From: an uncultured delta proteobacterium
GTDB taxonomy: Bacteria > Myxococcota_A > Polyangia > Polyangiales > Polyangiaceae
Assembly (NCBI GenBank): GCA_963716725.1
Contig: CAVQUB010000021.1
Span: 288,001-352,000 of the forward strand
DNA length: 64,000 nucleotides
Direction: 5' to 3'
The notes below the pieces were generated by a model that was not told the origin of the DNA, made no database searches, and worked only from the letters and a program-made list of their open reading frames with translations. Below, piece after piece: positions 1 to 9,089 of this stretch. Both the position numbers and the translations under genes were made by a program. Each line of letters opens with the position of its first letter. Positions within the stretch are counted from its first letter, which is position 1.

Positions 1-43
1 TAGCGGGTGGGCGCCCGCGCCGAGCAGTGCTGAGATCCGGCCC

Positions 44-826
44 ATGCGACCGATTTCAGAGCTGCCTCGGGCCGAGGCCGAAGGGCTCGACGGGCTGCTC
101 TTCGACCTGGACGACACCGTGCTCGACCGCGGTCAGCTGAGCGAGGCGGCGTACGCGGCTCTGTTCCGCCTGCGTGAGTGCGGACTGCGTTTGATCGCGG
201 TGACAGGCCGGCCCGCGGCCTGGGGCGAGGTGCTCGCGCGTCAGTGGCCCATCGACGCCGCGGTGACCGAGAACGGCGCGGTCGCCTTCACGCGAAGCGA
301 TGGCGTCATGACGCGGCACGACGCCGCACCCGAAGGCGAACGCCAGCGTCGCCGAGCCCTGCTCGCCCAGGTCGTCGCGAGCATCGCCGAAGACCATCCC
401 GAGGTCCACGCGGCCGACGACGTCGGCGGTCGCATCAGCGACTTCGCGTTCGACATTGCAGAGCATCATCGCGTGGCGCCCGAGGTCGTGCGCGCCGTGA
501 GCGCGCTGGCACACGAGCACGGCGCTCGCACTCACTCCTCGAGTGTGCACCTGCACATCACCTTCGACGCGGACGACAAGGCCACTGGCGTGGTGCGCCT
601 GATCAACATGCTGTGGGGCACCGACCCCACGCTGGCGCGCTTCCGCCACGCATTCATCGGCGACAGCGAAAACGACGGTAGCTGCTTCGCGGCCTTTCGC
701 ACGAGCATCGCCGTGCAGAACTTCTCGGGTCGACCGACGGTGGGACCTCGCTACCTGACCCGAGCCGCGCGAGGTCAGGGTTTCGCCGAGGCCGCCGCTC
801 GGCTGGTCGCGCTGCGGGGCAAGTGA
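44..826 (+). CDS. HAD-IIB family hydrolase
   Basis: FDLDDT motif I, VTGR motif II, K..G and GDSEND motif IV. Confidence 0.85.
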   Translation: MRPISELPRAEAEGLDGLLFDLDDTVLDRGQLSEAAYAALFRLRECGLRLIAVTGRPAAWGEVLARQWPIDAAVTENGAVAFTRSDGVMTRHDAAPEGERQRRRALLAQVVASIAEDHPEVHAADDVGGRISDFAFDIAEHHRVAPEVVRAVSALAHEHGARTHSSSVHLHITFDADDKATGVVRLINMLWGTDPTLARFRHAFIGDSENDGSCFAAFRTSIAVQNFSGRPTVGPRYLTRAARGQGFAEAAARLVALRGK

Positions 827-852
827 AGGGCGGTGACCGCCAGCGCCGACTG

Positions 853-1996
853 CTAGCGTCCAGCCCCCGCCCGCCACGCCCGGATCGAGCGCCGACGCCG
901 CGAGTGCAACGTCACTCTCGCTCGTGCTCCGCCCCAGCGTGAGTCGCACCGAGCCCAGGGCGTCTTCGGCTGCGACGCCCATCGCCAAGATCACGGCGGA
1001 AGCGCTCTCGTGTCCCTGGTGGCAGGCCGATCCGGTCGAGGCAGCGATCTCCGGCGCCCCGGCGAGCAACGATTCGCCCGAGGCCCCCGGGAAGCGAACG
1101 TTCAGCGTATTCGGAAGCCGAAGCTCGTGATGACCGTTCAGTTGGATCCCGGGCACGCCGGCCGCAAGCGCGTGCCACAGCGCGTCCCGCCGATCGCGCA
1201 TTCGCGCCGACGCCGCGTCGAGATCGCGCCCCACCGCATCACACGCCACCCCGAGCCCGGAGATGAACGCCACGTTCTCGGTCCCGGGGCGGAGCCCGCG
1301 CTCGTGTCCTGCACCGAGCACGAAGGGCAGGAGCGGGGTTCCGCGTTTGACGTACAGCGCACCCACCCCCTTGGGCGCGTAGAGCTTGTGACCCGCGATC
1401 GAGAGCAGATCGACGTCCAGCTCACGCACGTTCACGCGGACCTTGCCGAGAGACTGCGCCGCGTCGGTGTGAGCGAGGGCCCCCACGGCGTGGGCGAGCC
1501 GCGCCAGCTCTTCCACGGGCTGGATCACGCCGGTCTCGTTGTTCGAGTGCATCACGGTCACCAGCGCCGTGTCCGCGCCCACGGCCTTCGCGGCTTCATC
1601 GACGCGGGCGCAACCCTGGGCATCGACACCGACGCGGCTGACCCTCCACCCGTGCTTTTCCAGCCAGTCGCAGGGACGAGCGGTCGCCGGGTGTTCGATC
1701 AGCGTGGTGACGACGTGGCGGCGGTCGTCACGAGCGTCGGTCACGCCGCGGATCGCGAGGTTGTTGGCCTCGGTACCGCCGGAAGTGAAGATCACTTCGT
1801 CGGGCTCGCAGCCAACCAGCGCCGCCACCTGCTCCCGAGCCCGAGCCACGGCCACGCGCGCGCGCTGCCCGTAGACGTGACCGCTCGACGGGTTGCCGAA
1901 GTGATCGCGAAGATAGGGCAGCATCGCGTCCACGACCTCGGGCAGGACGGGCGTGGTCGCGTTGTAGTCGAGGTAGATCGGGTCGGTGTCGTTCAT
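853..1996 (-). CDS. iscS: Cysteine desulfurase (IscS/NifS family); apparent +1 frameshift near 886 just before the true stop
   Basis: YLDYNATTP, GNPSS, FTSGGTEANN, HTDAAQ, GHKLYAPKG (PLP Lys), STGSAC (catalytic Cys). Removing one base at ~886 gives ...ALIRAWRAGAGR-stop at 853-855. Confidence 0.85.
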
Positions 1997-2435
1997 GGCC
2001 AGCGCGCCGGCGCCCATGCTACCGGCGAAGAGTGTGGGACGACACAGAAGCTCAGCGGTAGGGCCCAGCTCGTTCCAGTGAAACGCCGGAAAGCACCCCG
2101 GCTGCGTCGCTGATGGCCCCCAGCGCCGAGTGCACGACCTCGCCGGTGACGACGGGTGCCCGAAGCCGAAGCTCGAGCCCACGGTCGTCCCCGGTGACCA
2201 CCGCGGGCACGATCCACTGGAAGGGTTCATCGACGTGGGCAGCATCTTCTCGGCTCCGCGCGACATCGTCATCGACATCGAAGCCATCGAACGCGCCGAG
2301 TCGAAGAAGAAACTCGATGCGCTCTTGAAGAGCCTGTTCGGTGCGCACTACGCGAAACAGATGAATCCCTCACCCCTGCTGCACCGTCTCGAACGCATGA
2401 AGGGCTGCTCTGGATCAACTGATCGTCGCCGACGG

Positions 2436-3236
2436 TCACGGCGCCGCGCACCGTCCCTCGAGGGCGATGCTCACCCGCGTGATCGTGACTGCTTCCACCG
2501 GACGATCACCGGCTCCGGTCTTCACGCTGGCGATCCTTTCGATGGTGTCGGATGGCTCGCACTCCCCGAACGCCGTGTAGCGACCAGTGATGTGCCCCGC
2601 GGCTTCGTCGAGGATGAAGAACTGCATTCCATTGGTGTTCGGACCGCGGTTGGCCATGTACAAGAGCCCTCGTCGATTGGCGTCGATGTCGGGATCGATC
2701 TCGTCGGGCAGCACGAAGCCGGGCTCGCCACGACCCGTGCCGGTGGGATCGCCACCCTGGATCATGAAGCCGCGAACGACCCGGTGGAACGTGGTGCCGT
2801 CGTAGGCGGGACGGGTCTCCCAGTGCCCGGTGTTCGGGTGTTCGAAGGGGCGAAGACCGCGCGCGAGCCCGACGAAGTTCGCGACGGTTCGAGGTGCAAT
2901 GTGCTCCCAGAGCTCACAGCGCAGCGGGCCCTCGGAGGTCTGGAGGGTGGCCACCAATGGATAGTCGCCGCTGAGCCCCGCAAGCGCGCGATCCAACGCG
3001 AACGCACCGCCCGTCGGATCCTTCGGGTTCGGCGTGACCTCGGCGATCGGCAAGAGCGGGCGCTGGGGTCTCGGGCGCGGAACGCACGCTCCCGCGCGGT
3101 TCGCGCGCTGATCCTGACTTGCCTCGACGGTCGCCGCTGGCACCTCCACCTGCACGGCCGACGGCGTCCCGCCTCCACGCGGCGCGCACGAGCAGAGCCA
3201 GATTGCCAGGGGCAGCAGCGCGCGCCGGGACACCAC
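2436..3236 (-). CDS. Cyclophilin-type peptidyl-prolyl cis-trans isomerase, lipoprotein
   Basis: APRTVANFVGLA, FHRVVRGFMIQGGDP, MANRGPNTNGMQFFI; lipobox LCSC. Confidence 0.9.
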   Translation of the reverse strand: MVSRRALLPLAIWLCSCAPRGGGTPSAVQVEVPAATVEASQDQRANRAGACVPRPRPQRPLLPIAEVTPNPKDPTGGAFALDRALAGLSGDYPLVATLQTSEGPLRCELWEHIAPRTVANFVGLARGLRPFEHPNTGHWETRPAYDGTTFHRVVRGFMIQGGDPTGTGRGEPGFVLPDEIDPDIDANRRGLLYMANRGPNTNGMQFFILDEAAGHITGRYTAFGECEPSDTIERIASVKTGAGDRPVEAVTITRVSIALEGRCAAP

Positions 3237-3319
3237 CGAACGCTAGCGCGTCACGACGTGAATCGCAGCATTGTTCCCCGGCGGCGCAACTGCCGCTTCG
3301 CATGGTATGCTCTTGCACC

Positions 3320-4687
3320 ATGCGGGCACATCTCTCGATCTTTCGGACTGGAGTGATGCTGGCGCTCGGGTTCTCGGCCCTCGCCTGCAGCGGCGAGACC
3401 AACGAGTCGCCCGCGCTGCGGCCTTGCGCCGGCTCGACGCCGGTCGCCCACGATCCCGCTCTCTCCCAGTGTTCGGACGGAACCGTTCACCGCACGACCG
3501 CGGCCCAGTGCACCAGCAGTCTGCCACGGCCGGATGCCTGCGTTTCGGCAGGCACCAGCGCGTGCACCAAGGACTCGGATTGCACCAGCAAGGCCCACGG
3601 CTACTGCCGCGAGTCCTTTGAGACTGCGACCTGCTCCTGCAACTACGGCTGCGTCACGGACTCCGATTGCGGAACGGGATTTCTCTGCGCATGCAGCGAC
3701 CCAGTCGGCTCCTGCGTGCAGGCGAACTGTCGAAGCGACGCAGACTGCGGCGGCGGCGCACTGTGTGTGCAAACTCGACTGCAGAAGTGCGGCAACCTCG
3801 GCTTTGCGTGTCAGAAGCCGGGTGACCAGTGCAACACGGACGCGCACTGCACCGACGGCCAACAGTGCGCTCTCGCCGATGGCATTCGAAAGTGTCTCGC
3901 GAACGACTGCCCGGTTCCCGGTCGGCCGTTTCTCGTCGACGACGCACCGCGGGTCGCAGCCCTGACCGAGCGCTCTGACTGGCTCGACGAGCTGGCGCCG
4001 CGCTGCGAGGGCATGAGCGCGGAGCTCCGCGAGAGGCTCGCAGCACATTGGGCACGCATCGGGCAGATGGAGCACGCATCGGTCGCAGCGTTCTCGCGCT
4101 TCACGTTGCAGCTCCTGAGCCTGGGAGCGCCCGCCGCGCTGCTGGAGGAGAGTCAGCTGGCCGCCGCCGACGAAATCAGGCACACGCGGCTGTGCTTTGG
4201 CCTCGCTTCGGCCTACGCGCGCTCGCCGCGAGGGCCCGCTCCGCTCGACGTGGCGGGAGCGCTCGGCGACGACGACGTGGCTACGATCGTGCGCCTCACC
4301 TTCCGGGAGGGCTGCGTCGGCGAGAGCGCTGCGGCCCACGAGGCGCGTGTCTCGGGCGAAGCTGCCGACGACGAGACGATTCGACGGGTGCTCGTCGGTA
4401 TCGCCGACGACGAAGAGCGTCACGCGCTCACGGCGTGGAAGTTCATGCGCTGGGCGGTCGCGGAGTTCGGAGCCGTCGCTCGCGGAGCGTTGATCGACGA
4501 AATCGCGCGGCTCGAATCCGAGTCGTCGCCGCCGCGCTTCGCTCACGGTGAGCTGTCCCGACATGCCCTTCTCGACGACGAGGCCCGCCTCTCGCTCCGA
4601 GGGCAGGTCGTGCGCCAAGTGGTGTTGCCCTGCGCCCGGGCGCTCCTCGACGCCACCGCTGGGCAGCGGCCCGCGCGGGCCGCCTGA
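3320..4687 (+). CDS. Lipoprotein with Cys-rich repeats and C-terminal ferritin-like di-iron domain
   Basis: Signal ending ALAC; CxxDxDC repeats; MEHASVAAF, DEIRH, EGCVGE and DEERH motifs. Confidence 0.75.
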   Translation: MRAHLSIFRTGVMLALGFSALACSGETNESPALRPCAGSTPVAHDPALSQCSDGTVHRTTAAQCTSSLPRPDACVSAGTSACTKDSDCTSKAHGYCRESFETATCSCNYGCVTDSDCGTGFLCACSDPVGSCVQANCRSDADCGGGALCVQTRLQKCGNLGFACQKPGDQCNTDAHCTDGQQCALADGIRKCLANDCPVPGRPFLVDDAPRVAALTERSDWLDELAPRCEGMSAELRERLAAHWARIGQMEHASVAAFSRFTLQLLSLGAPAALLEESQLAAADEIRHTRLCFGLASAYARSPRGPAPLDVAGALGDDDVATIVRLTFREGCVGESAAAHEARVSGEAADDETIRRVLVGIADDEERHALTAWKFMRWAVAEFGAVARGALIDEIARLESESSPPRFAHGELSRHALLDDEARLSLRGQVVRQVVLPCARALLDATAGQRPARAA

Positions 4688-4751
4688 GCAGCCCCGCTCG
4701 AGTTGCGCTGGATCAGGCGAGTCGGGCAGGCTAGCGTCGTCGCCTCGTCCG

Positions 4752-6806
4752 ATGCACGCCGCCCGCCGTCACTCGCACGCCCGAGCCGAGGGCCGCGTCA
4801 CTCTCGTGCCACAGGGCCTCGACGTGGACGGGCAGACGGTGCCCTTGCACGCCGCCGCTGTGCACTACTGGCGCCTCGAGCCGCGCCACTGGCGCCGCGC
4901 CCTCGAAGCGACCAAGAGCCTGGGCTTCCGCCTGATCGACGTGTACGTGCCTTGGGGCGTGCACGAACTGGGGCCCGGGGCCTTCGACTTCGGCAAGCTG
5001 TCCGACGAACGCGACGTCGCCGCCTTCGTCGATCTGATCGCTGAGCTCGACCTGTTCTGTATCTTGCGCCCGGGCCCCCACATCAACGCCGAACTCACCG
5101 GCTTCGGGCTGCCGGAACGAGTGATTTGGGACGCTGACTGCCAGGCGCGCTCGCCCCGCGGCAATCCCGTCGTGTTGCCGGTTCCACCGTTGGCCTTTCC
5201 GGTCCCGAGCTACGCCAGCGAGACCTTCCACTCCGAGGTCGCGCGCTGGTTCGCCGCGGTCGGGGCCGAGCTCGCGCGCTTCATGTACCCCAACGGCCCG
5301 ATCGTGCTCTGTCAGGTCGACAACGAAGGCGCGCTCTACTTCCGCGACGGCGTCTACGACCAAGACTGGCACCCGGACTCGCTGAAGAAGTACCGGCGCT
5401 TCCTGCAGGCCCGCTACGAGCGGGTGTCCGCGCTGAGGCGCGCGCACCGAGACGATCACGTCACCTTCGCGCGCGTCGACCCGCCCACGCGCTTCGATGC
5501 CAAGAGCGCCGACGAGCTCGCGCCCCACCTCGACTGGGCCGAGTGGCAGGAGCAAATGCTGGCAGACTCGTTCGCGCTCATGCGAGAGCACCTGGAGGCC
5601 GCCGGGCTCGGCGGCGTGCCGATCTCGCACAACCTGCCGCTCAGCGAGGGAGCCACGCCCCTCGATCCGGAACGCGTCGGCAAGGTCGTGGACCTGATCG
5701 GACTCGACTACTACCACGGCGCCACGGCGCCCCAGCGCAGCGAGATCGCGCGCCGCACGACCGAGCTGGCGGAGCGATGTGCCGCGCGCGGCCACTCGGC
5801 CTTTGCCTGCGAGCTGGGCGCGGGTTTCCCGCCCTTTTTTCCTCCGCTCACCGATCGCGACAACGCCTTCTCGGTGCTCACGGCCCTCGCCTACGGGCTC
5901 CGAGGCTTCAACGCCTACATGGTGGTGGAGCGCGATCGCTGGATCGGCGCGCCCATCGATCCCGCCGGCAGGATCCGGCCCTCGGCGGAGGCGTGGCGCA
6001 AGCTGCTCGCCGCCCTGGACCGCACGAGCTTCGCAGAGCTTCGCCGAGACGCCGCGGTGCACATCGTCATCCCCCGCAGCTTCCGCCGGCTCTCGCGGGT
6101 GTGCCACGCCTTCGGTCCGCTGAGCGCAGCGTTGTTCCAGGTCCTGGGAGGCGGCGCGCAGGAGGCCTGCTTCGAAGACGACTTCGGATTGGGCGCCTCG
6201 GTGGTGATCGAGACCGAGCGCTTCGCGCGTCAACTCGAGCACGCCCTGGACAGCGCGCGCATCCCCTGGGCAGTCGTCGGCGGCGATCTGATCGAGCGCT
6301 CGCTGGAGCGCGCGAAATGGGTGGTCGTCGCCTCCACCGGCGCGCTAGAGCCCGAGATTGTCGCGTCGATCGAGCGCGCATGGAAGAGCGACGCGGCGCT
6401 CAGCCTCGGCCCCTATCTGCCACACCGCGACCCGACTTTTCTCCCCATCAGCGCGCCGCCCGGGCTGCCCACGGGCGATCGGGCCGTTCCCGGACTGGTG
6501 GGCCTCGGCGCCGAATCCATGGCGGCGATGGTCGCTCAGGCCAAGGCCGCCCTCGGGTTGCCTACCCTCGACCTGAGCCCCAGCGAGCTCCTGTCGACGC
6601 TTCATGTCGATGTCGCCGGCACGGCTCGCGTGATGTTCGTGATCAACCCCACCGGGTGGGCCGCTGAGGCGACCCTCGGATCGGCGGGGGCTCGCCTCGC
6701 GATCGACGCGCTGGATGGCACACGCTTCGAGGCCCGATCCGGCTCGCTGTGTGTGCAGGTCAGCGGCCGCTCGGTGCGCATGCTCGAGCTGGTGCACGGC
6801 GATTGA
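4752..6806 (+). CDS. Beta-galactosidase-like glycoside hydrolase (GH35/GH42 type)
   Basis: VHYWR, YVPWGVHE, LRPGPHINAE, GPIVLCQVDNE. Confidence 0.8.
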   Translation: MHAARRHSHARAEGRVTLVPQGLDVDGQTVPLHAAAVHYWRLEPRHWRRALEATKSLGFRLIDVYVPWGVHELGPGAFDFGKLSDERDVAAFVDLIAELDLFCILRPGPHINAELTGFGLPERVIWDADCQARSPRGNPVVLPVPPLAFPVPSYASETFHSEVARWFAAVGAELARFMYPNGPIVLCQVDNEGALYFRDGVYDQDWHPDSLKKYRRFLQARYERVSALRRAHRDDHVTFARVDPPTRFDAKSADELAPHLDWAEWQEQMLADSFALMREHLEAAGLGGVPISHNLPLSEGATPLDPERVGKVVDLIGLDYYHGATAPQRSEIARRTTELAERCAARGHSAFACELGAGFPPFFPPLTDRDNAFSVLTALAYGLRGFNAYMVVERDRWIGAPIDPAGRIRPSAEAWRKLLAALDRTSFAELRRDAAVHIVIPRSFRRLSRVCHAFGPLSAALFQVLGGGAQEACFEDDFGLGASVVIETERFARQLEHALDSARIPWAVVGGDLIERSLERAKWVVVASTGALEPEIVASIERAWKSDAALSLGPYLPHRDPTFLPISAPPGLPTGDRAVPGLVGLGAESMAAMVAQAKAALGLPTLDLSPSELLSTLHVDVAGTARVMFVINPTGWAAEATLGSAGARLAIDALDGTRFEARSGSLCVQVSGRSVRMLELVHGD

Positions 6807-6875
6807 GCCGAGCGAGCGGCGCATTTCCCACTCCGACTTGGATTCGACCCCCAAAGCGTGTAAGAGCGCGCGCCC

Positions 6876-7484
6876 ATGATTCTGGAGATCAACCCCGAGC
6901 ACCCGGAGCCGCGGAAGATCCGCCGGGCGGTGGACGCGCTCGAAGCAGGCGAGGTCATCGCGTACCCGACGGACACGGTTTACGGGCTCGGCTGCGACCT
7001 CTTCAACAAGAAGGCCGTGGAGCGCCTCTACCAACTCAAGGGCCTCCAGAGAGACCAGAAGCTCGCGTTCGTGTGCGCGGATATCAGTGACGCCGCGAAG
7101 TACGCGGTCCTGCACGATCAGGTGTTTCGCATGCTCAAGCGGCACCTGCCCGGGCCCTACGTCTTCATCTTGGAGGCCACGCGCGAGGTGCCGAAGATCG
7201 TGCACCTGCCCCGGAAGACCATCGGTGTCCGAATCCCCGACCACGCGGTGCCCGTCGCGCTCGTGCGCGAGCTCGGGCGCCCCATCATTTCCAGCACGGC
7301 GGCCCGGCACGGCGCCGAAGGCAGCCCCGATCCCCACGAAATCGACATCGAATTTCCAGGACTCGCCCTGGTCCTGGATGGCGGTCCCGGGGGCAACCAG
7401 CCGACCAGCGTGGTGGATCTGACCGGCGCTTCTCCGGTGGTGGTCCGCGAGGGTGCCGGCGACGTCTCGGCGTTCTTGGAATAG
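6876..7484 (+). CDS. Sua5/YciO/YrdC family protein, YciO-like
   Basis: IAYPTDTVYGLGC, LPGPYVFIL, GVRIP, PTSVVDL; has SSTA instead of the SAN motif of true TsaC. Confidence 0.85.
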   Translation: MILEINPEHPEPRKIRRAVDALEAGEVIAYPTDTVYGLGCDLFNKKAVERLYQLKGLQRDQKLAFVCADISDAAKYAVLHDQVFRMLKRHLPGPYVFILEATREVPKIVHLPRKTIGVRIPDHAVPVALVRELGRPIISSTAARHGAEGSPDPHEIDIEFPGLALVLDGGPGGNQPTSVVDLTGASPVVVREGAGDVSAFLE

Positions 7485-7608
7485 CCAGAGGCGCGCGCAA
7501 TCTGCGCGGTACCTACAAAAGTGGACCACAGCGCCCCAGTTTGGATTAAATTCGCGTCCCAATCAGCTCGCAGGCCTCCACCTGCGCACAGCCAGGAGCC
7601 GAAGATTC

Positions 7609-7914
7609 ATGACGTTCGTCGTCGCGGAGAACTGCAAAGGATGTCGTTTCACGGACTGCGTTGCGGTCTGCCCGGTGGATTGCTTCCACGGCGACGACGA
7701 GATGCTCTACATCGATCCCGATGAGTGCATCGACTGTGGGGCGTGTGTGCCCGAATGCCCGGTCGAGGCAATCTTCGACGAGACTCAGCTCCCCGACGAC
7801 CAGAAGGCGTGGACGCAGATCAACGCGGATCGCGCCAAGGGACTGCCCGTGGTCAACGAGAAGGGCGACGCGCTGCCGGGCGCCGAAGAGCGCAAGAAGG
7901 ACCTGGGCTTCTGA
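7609..7914 (+). CDS. fdxA: 7Fe ferredoxin (FdxA type)
   Basis: CKGCRFTDCVAVCPVDC and CIDCGACVPECP; AGGAG RBS upstream. Confidence 0.9.
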   Translation: MTFVVAENCKGCRFTDCVAVCPVDCFHGDDEMLYIDPDECIDCGACVPECPVEAIFDETQLPDDQKAWTQINADRAKGLPVVNEKGDALPGAEERKKDLGF

Positions 7915-7923
7915 GCCGTAGGG

Positions 7924-9021
7924 TCACTTTGCGCCCAGGGCGATCGTGACGTCCGCGATCGATTGAACGCCCAGCCGCTGATCCCCGCCGCCTGCGGGGA
8001 TCAGCCCGGCGACGAAGGTCTGCTTGCTCGTCCCCGATCGTGCGAGGGCGTCGCCTTTGTGCATGACGAGCTTGGCCTCGGTGGTCGACTGGAACTGATC
8101 GAGCTCGGCCCCGGGCGGAATGCCTGCAAACTCGAACTTGTGGGAGACGGCGTAGCGCTTGGTGCTCACGCTGAGCGTGAGGCTCTCGCCCTCCACCTGC
8201 TCCAGCTTCACTAGGCGATACGCAACAGCCTCGGCACCGCCGGTGTTTCCCCGGGTCGTGATCAGCCAGAACCCGCCTGCTCCTACCGCTTCTTTCGGGA
8301 ATCCGATGGCGGTCGCCTCGAGGGCCTCGCCCACCGAGCGCAGCACCATCTCGAGCTCCGGCGTCGCCCCCTTGGCAAGTTGGTGCGAGAAGTCGACGCC
8401 GACCCCGCCGCTGACCACCGAGAAATCGATCTTGCTGCCCTTCATCTTGGCGAGCTGAGCTGCGAGCTCCTTGCCCTGTGCGCCGACGTCGCTCGACAGC
8501 TTCACGTCGGTGAGCCTGGCGCTGACTCGAATGCCCTCGGTCGGCGGCGTCGCCGCCGCCGGGCCAGCCGCCGCGCCAGGCGCCGCAGCAGCCGCCAGCT
8601 TTGGGGCCTCCAAGCTCAAGGAGACAGCGAGGCCCGGGAACTGCGCACGACCCAAGCGCAGCGTCAGATCGAGGGTGCCGTTCTGCTTCCATCCGGGCGC
8701 GAGGGAGCTCGACAGCACCGCGCGAGGTTCGGCGCCAGCTTCGCCCAGAACGATCTTGGGAGGTTTGCCGCGTTCGATCTGGGCGTCCGCCTTGCCCGCT
8801 TCGAAGATCCCGTTCTGCGGAGGGCCATCGTCCGCGCTGGCCCCCGCGCCGGGCTTCACCGCCTTGCTGCCAGCCGCAGCGACAGCCTCTGCGAGGTTTG
8901 GATCCACCGCGCTCGCCTTGCCGGCGTCGAGGTCCGAAAGCTTCGCCTCTTTGGGTTTGTCTTCGCAGCCGAGGACCAGGCCCAGCACCGCCGCCGTGAA
9001 CGCAACTCTCGTCATCATCAT
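7924..9021 (-). CDS. Hypothetical lipoprotein
   Basis: Signal peptide ending VLGC; long open frame with GC-rich third positions. Confidence 0.7.
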   Translation of the reverse strand: MMMTRVAFTAAVLGLVLGCEDKPKEAKLSDLDAGKASAVDPNLAEAVAAAGSKAVKPGAGASADDGPPQNGIFEAGKADAQIERGKPPKIVLGEAGAEPRAVLSSSLAPGWKQNGTLDLTLRLGRAQFPGLAVSLSLEAPKLAAAAAPGAAAGPAAATPPTEGIRVSARLTDVKLSSDVGAQGKELAAQLAKMKGSKIDFSVVSGGVGVDFSHQLAKGATPELEMVLRSVGEALEATAIGFPKEAVGAGGFWLITTRGNTGGAEAVAYRLVKLEQVEGESLTLSVSTKRYAVSHKFEFAGIPPGAELDQFQSTTEAKLVMHKGDALARSGTSKQTFVAGLIPAGGGDQRLGVQSIADVTIALGAK

Positions 9022-9089
9022 GGTTTCGGCCCCGGTTTACCCGATGCGAGCCCGAAGTCTAGACCCGATCCACCCTCAGACGATCTAGG

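Noticed and set aside
56..2287. 743-aa extended cysteine desulfurase ORF
   Set aside because: The N-terminal extension and the antisense overlap with the HAD gene result from a wrong start and the frameshift near 886.
3303..3317. Sigma54 promoter TGGTATGCTCTTGCA
   Set aside because: GG-GC spacing is one base short; better read as a -10 box before a leaderless start.
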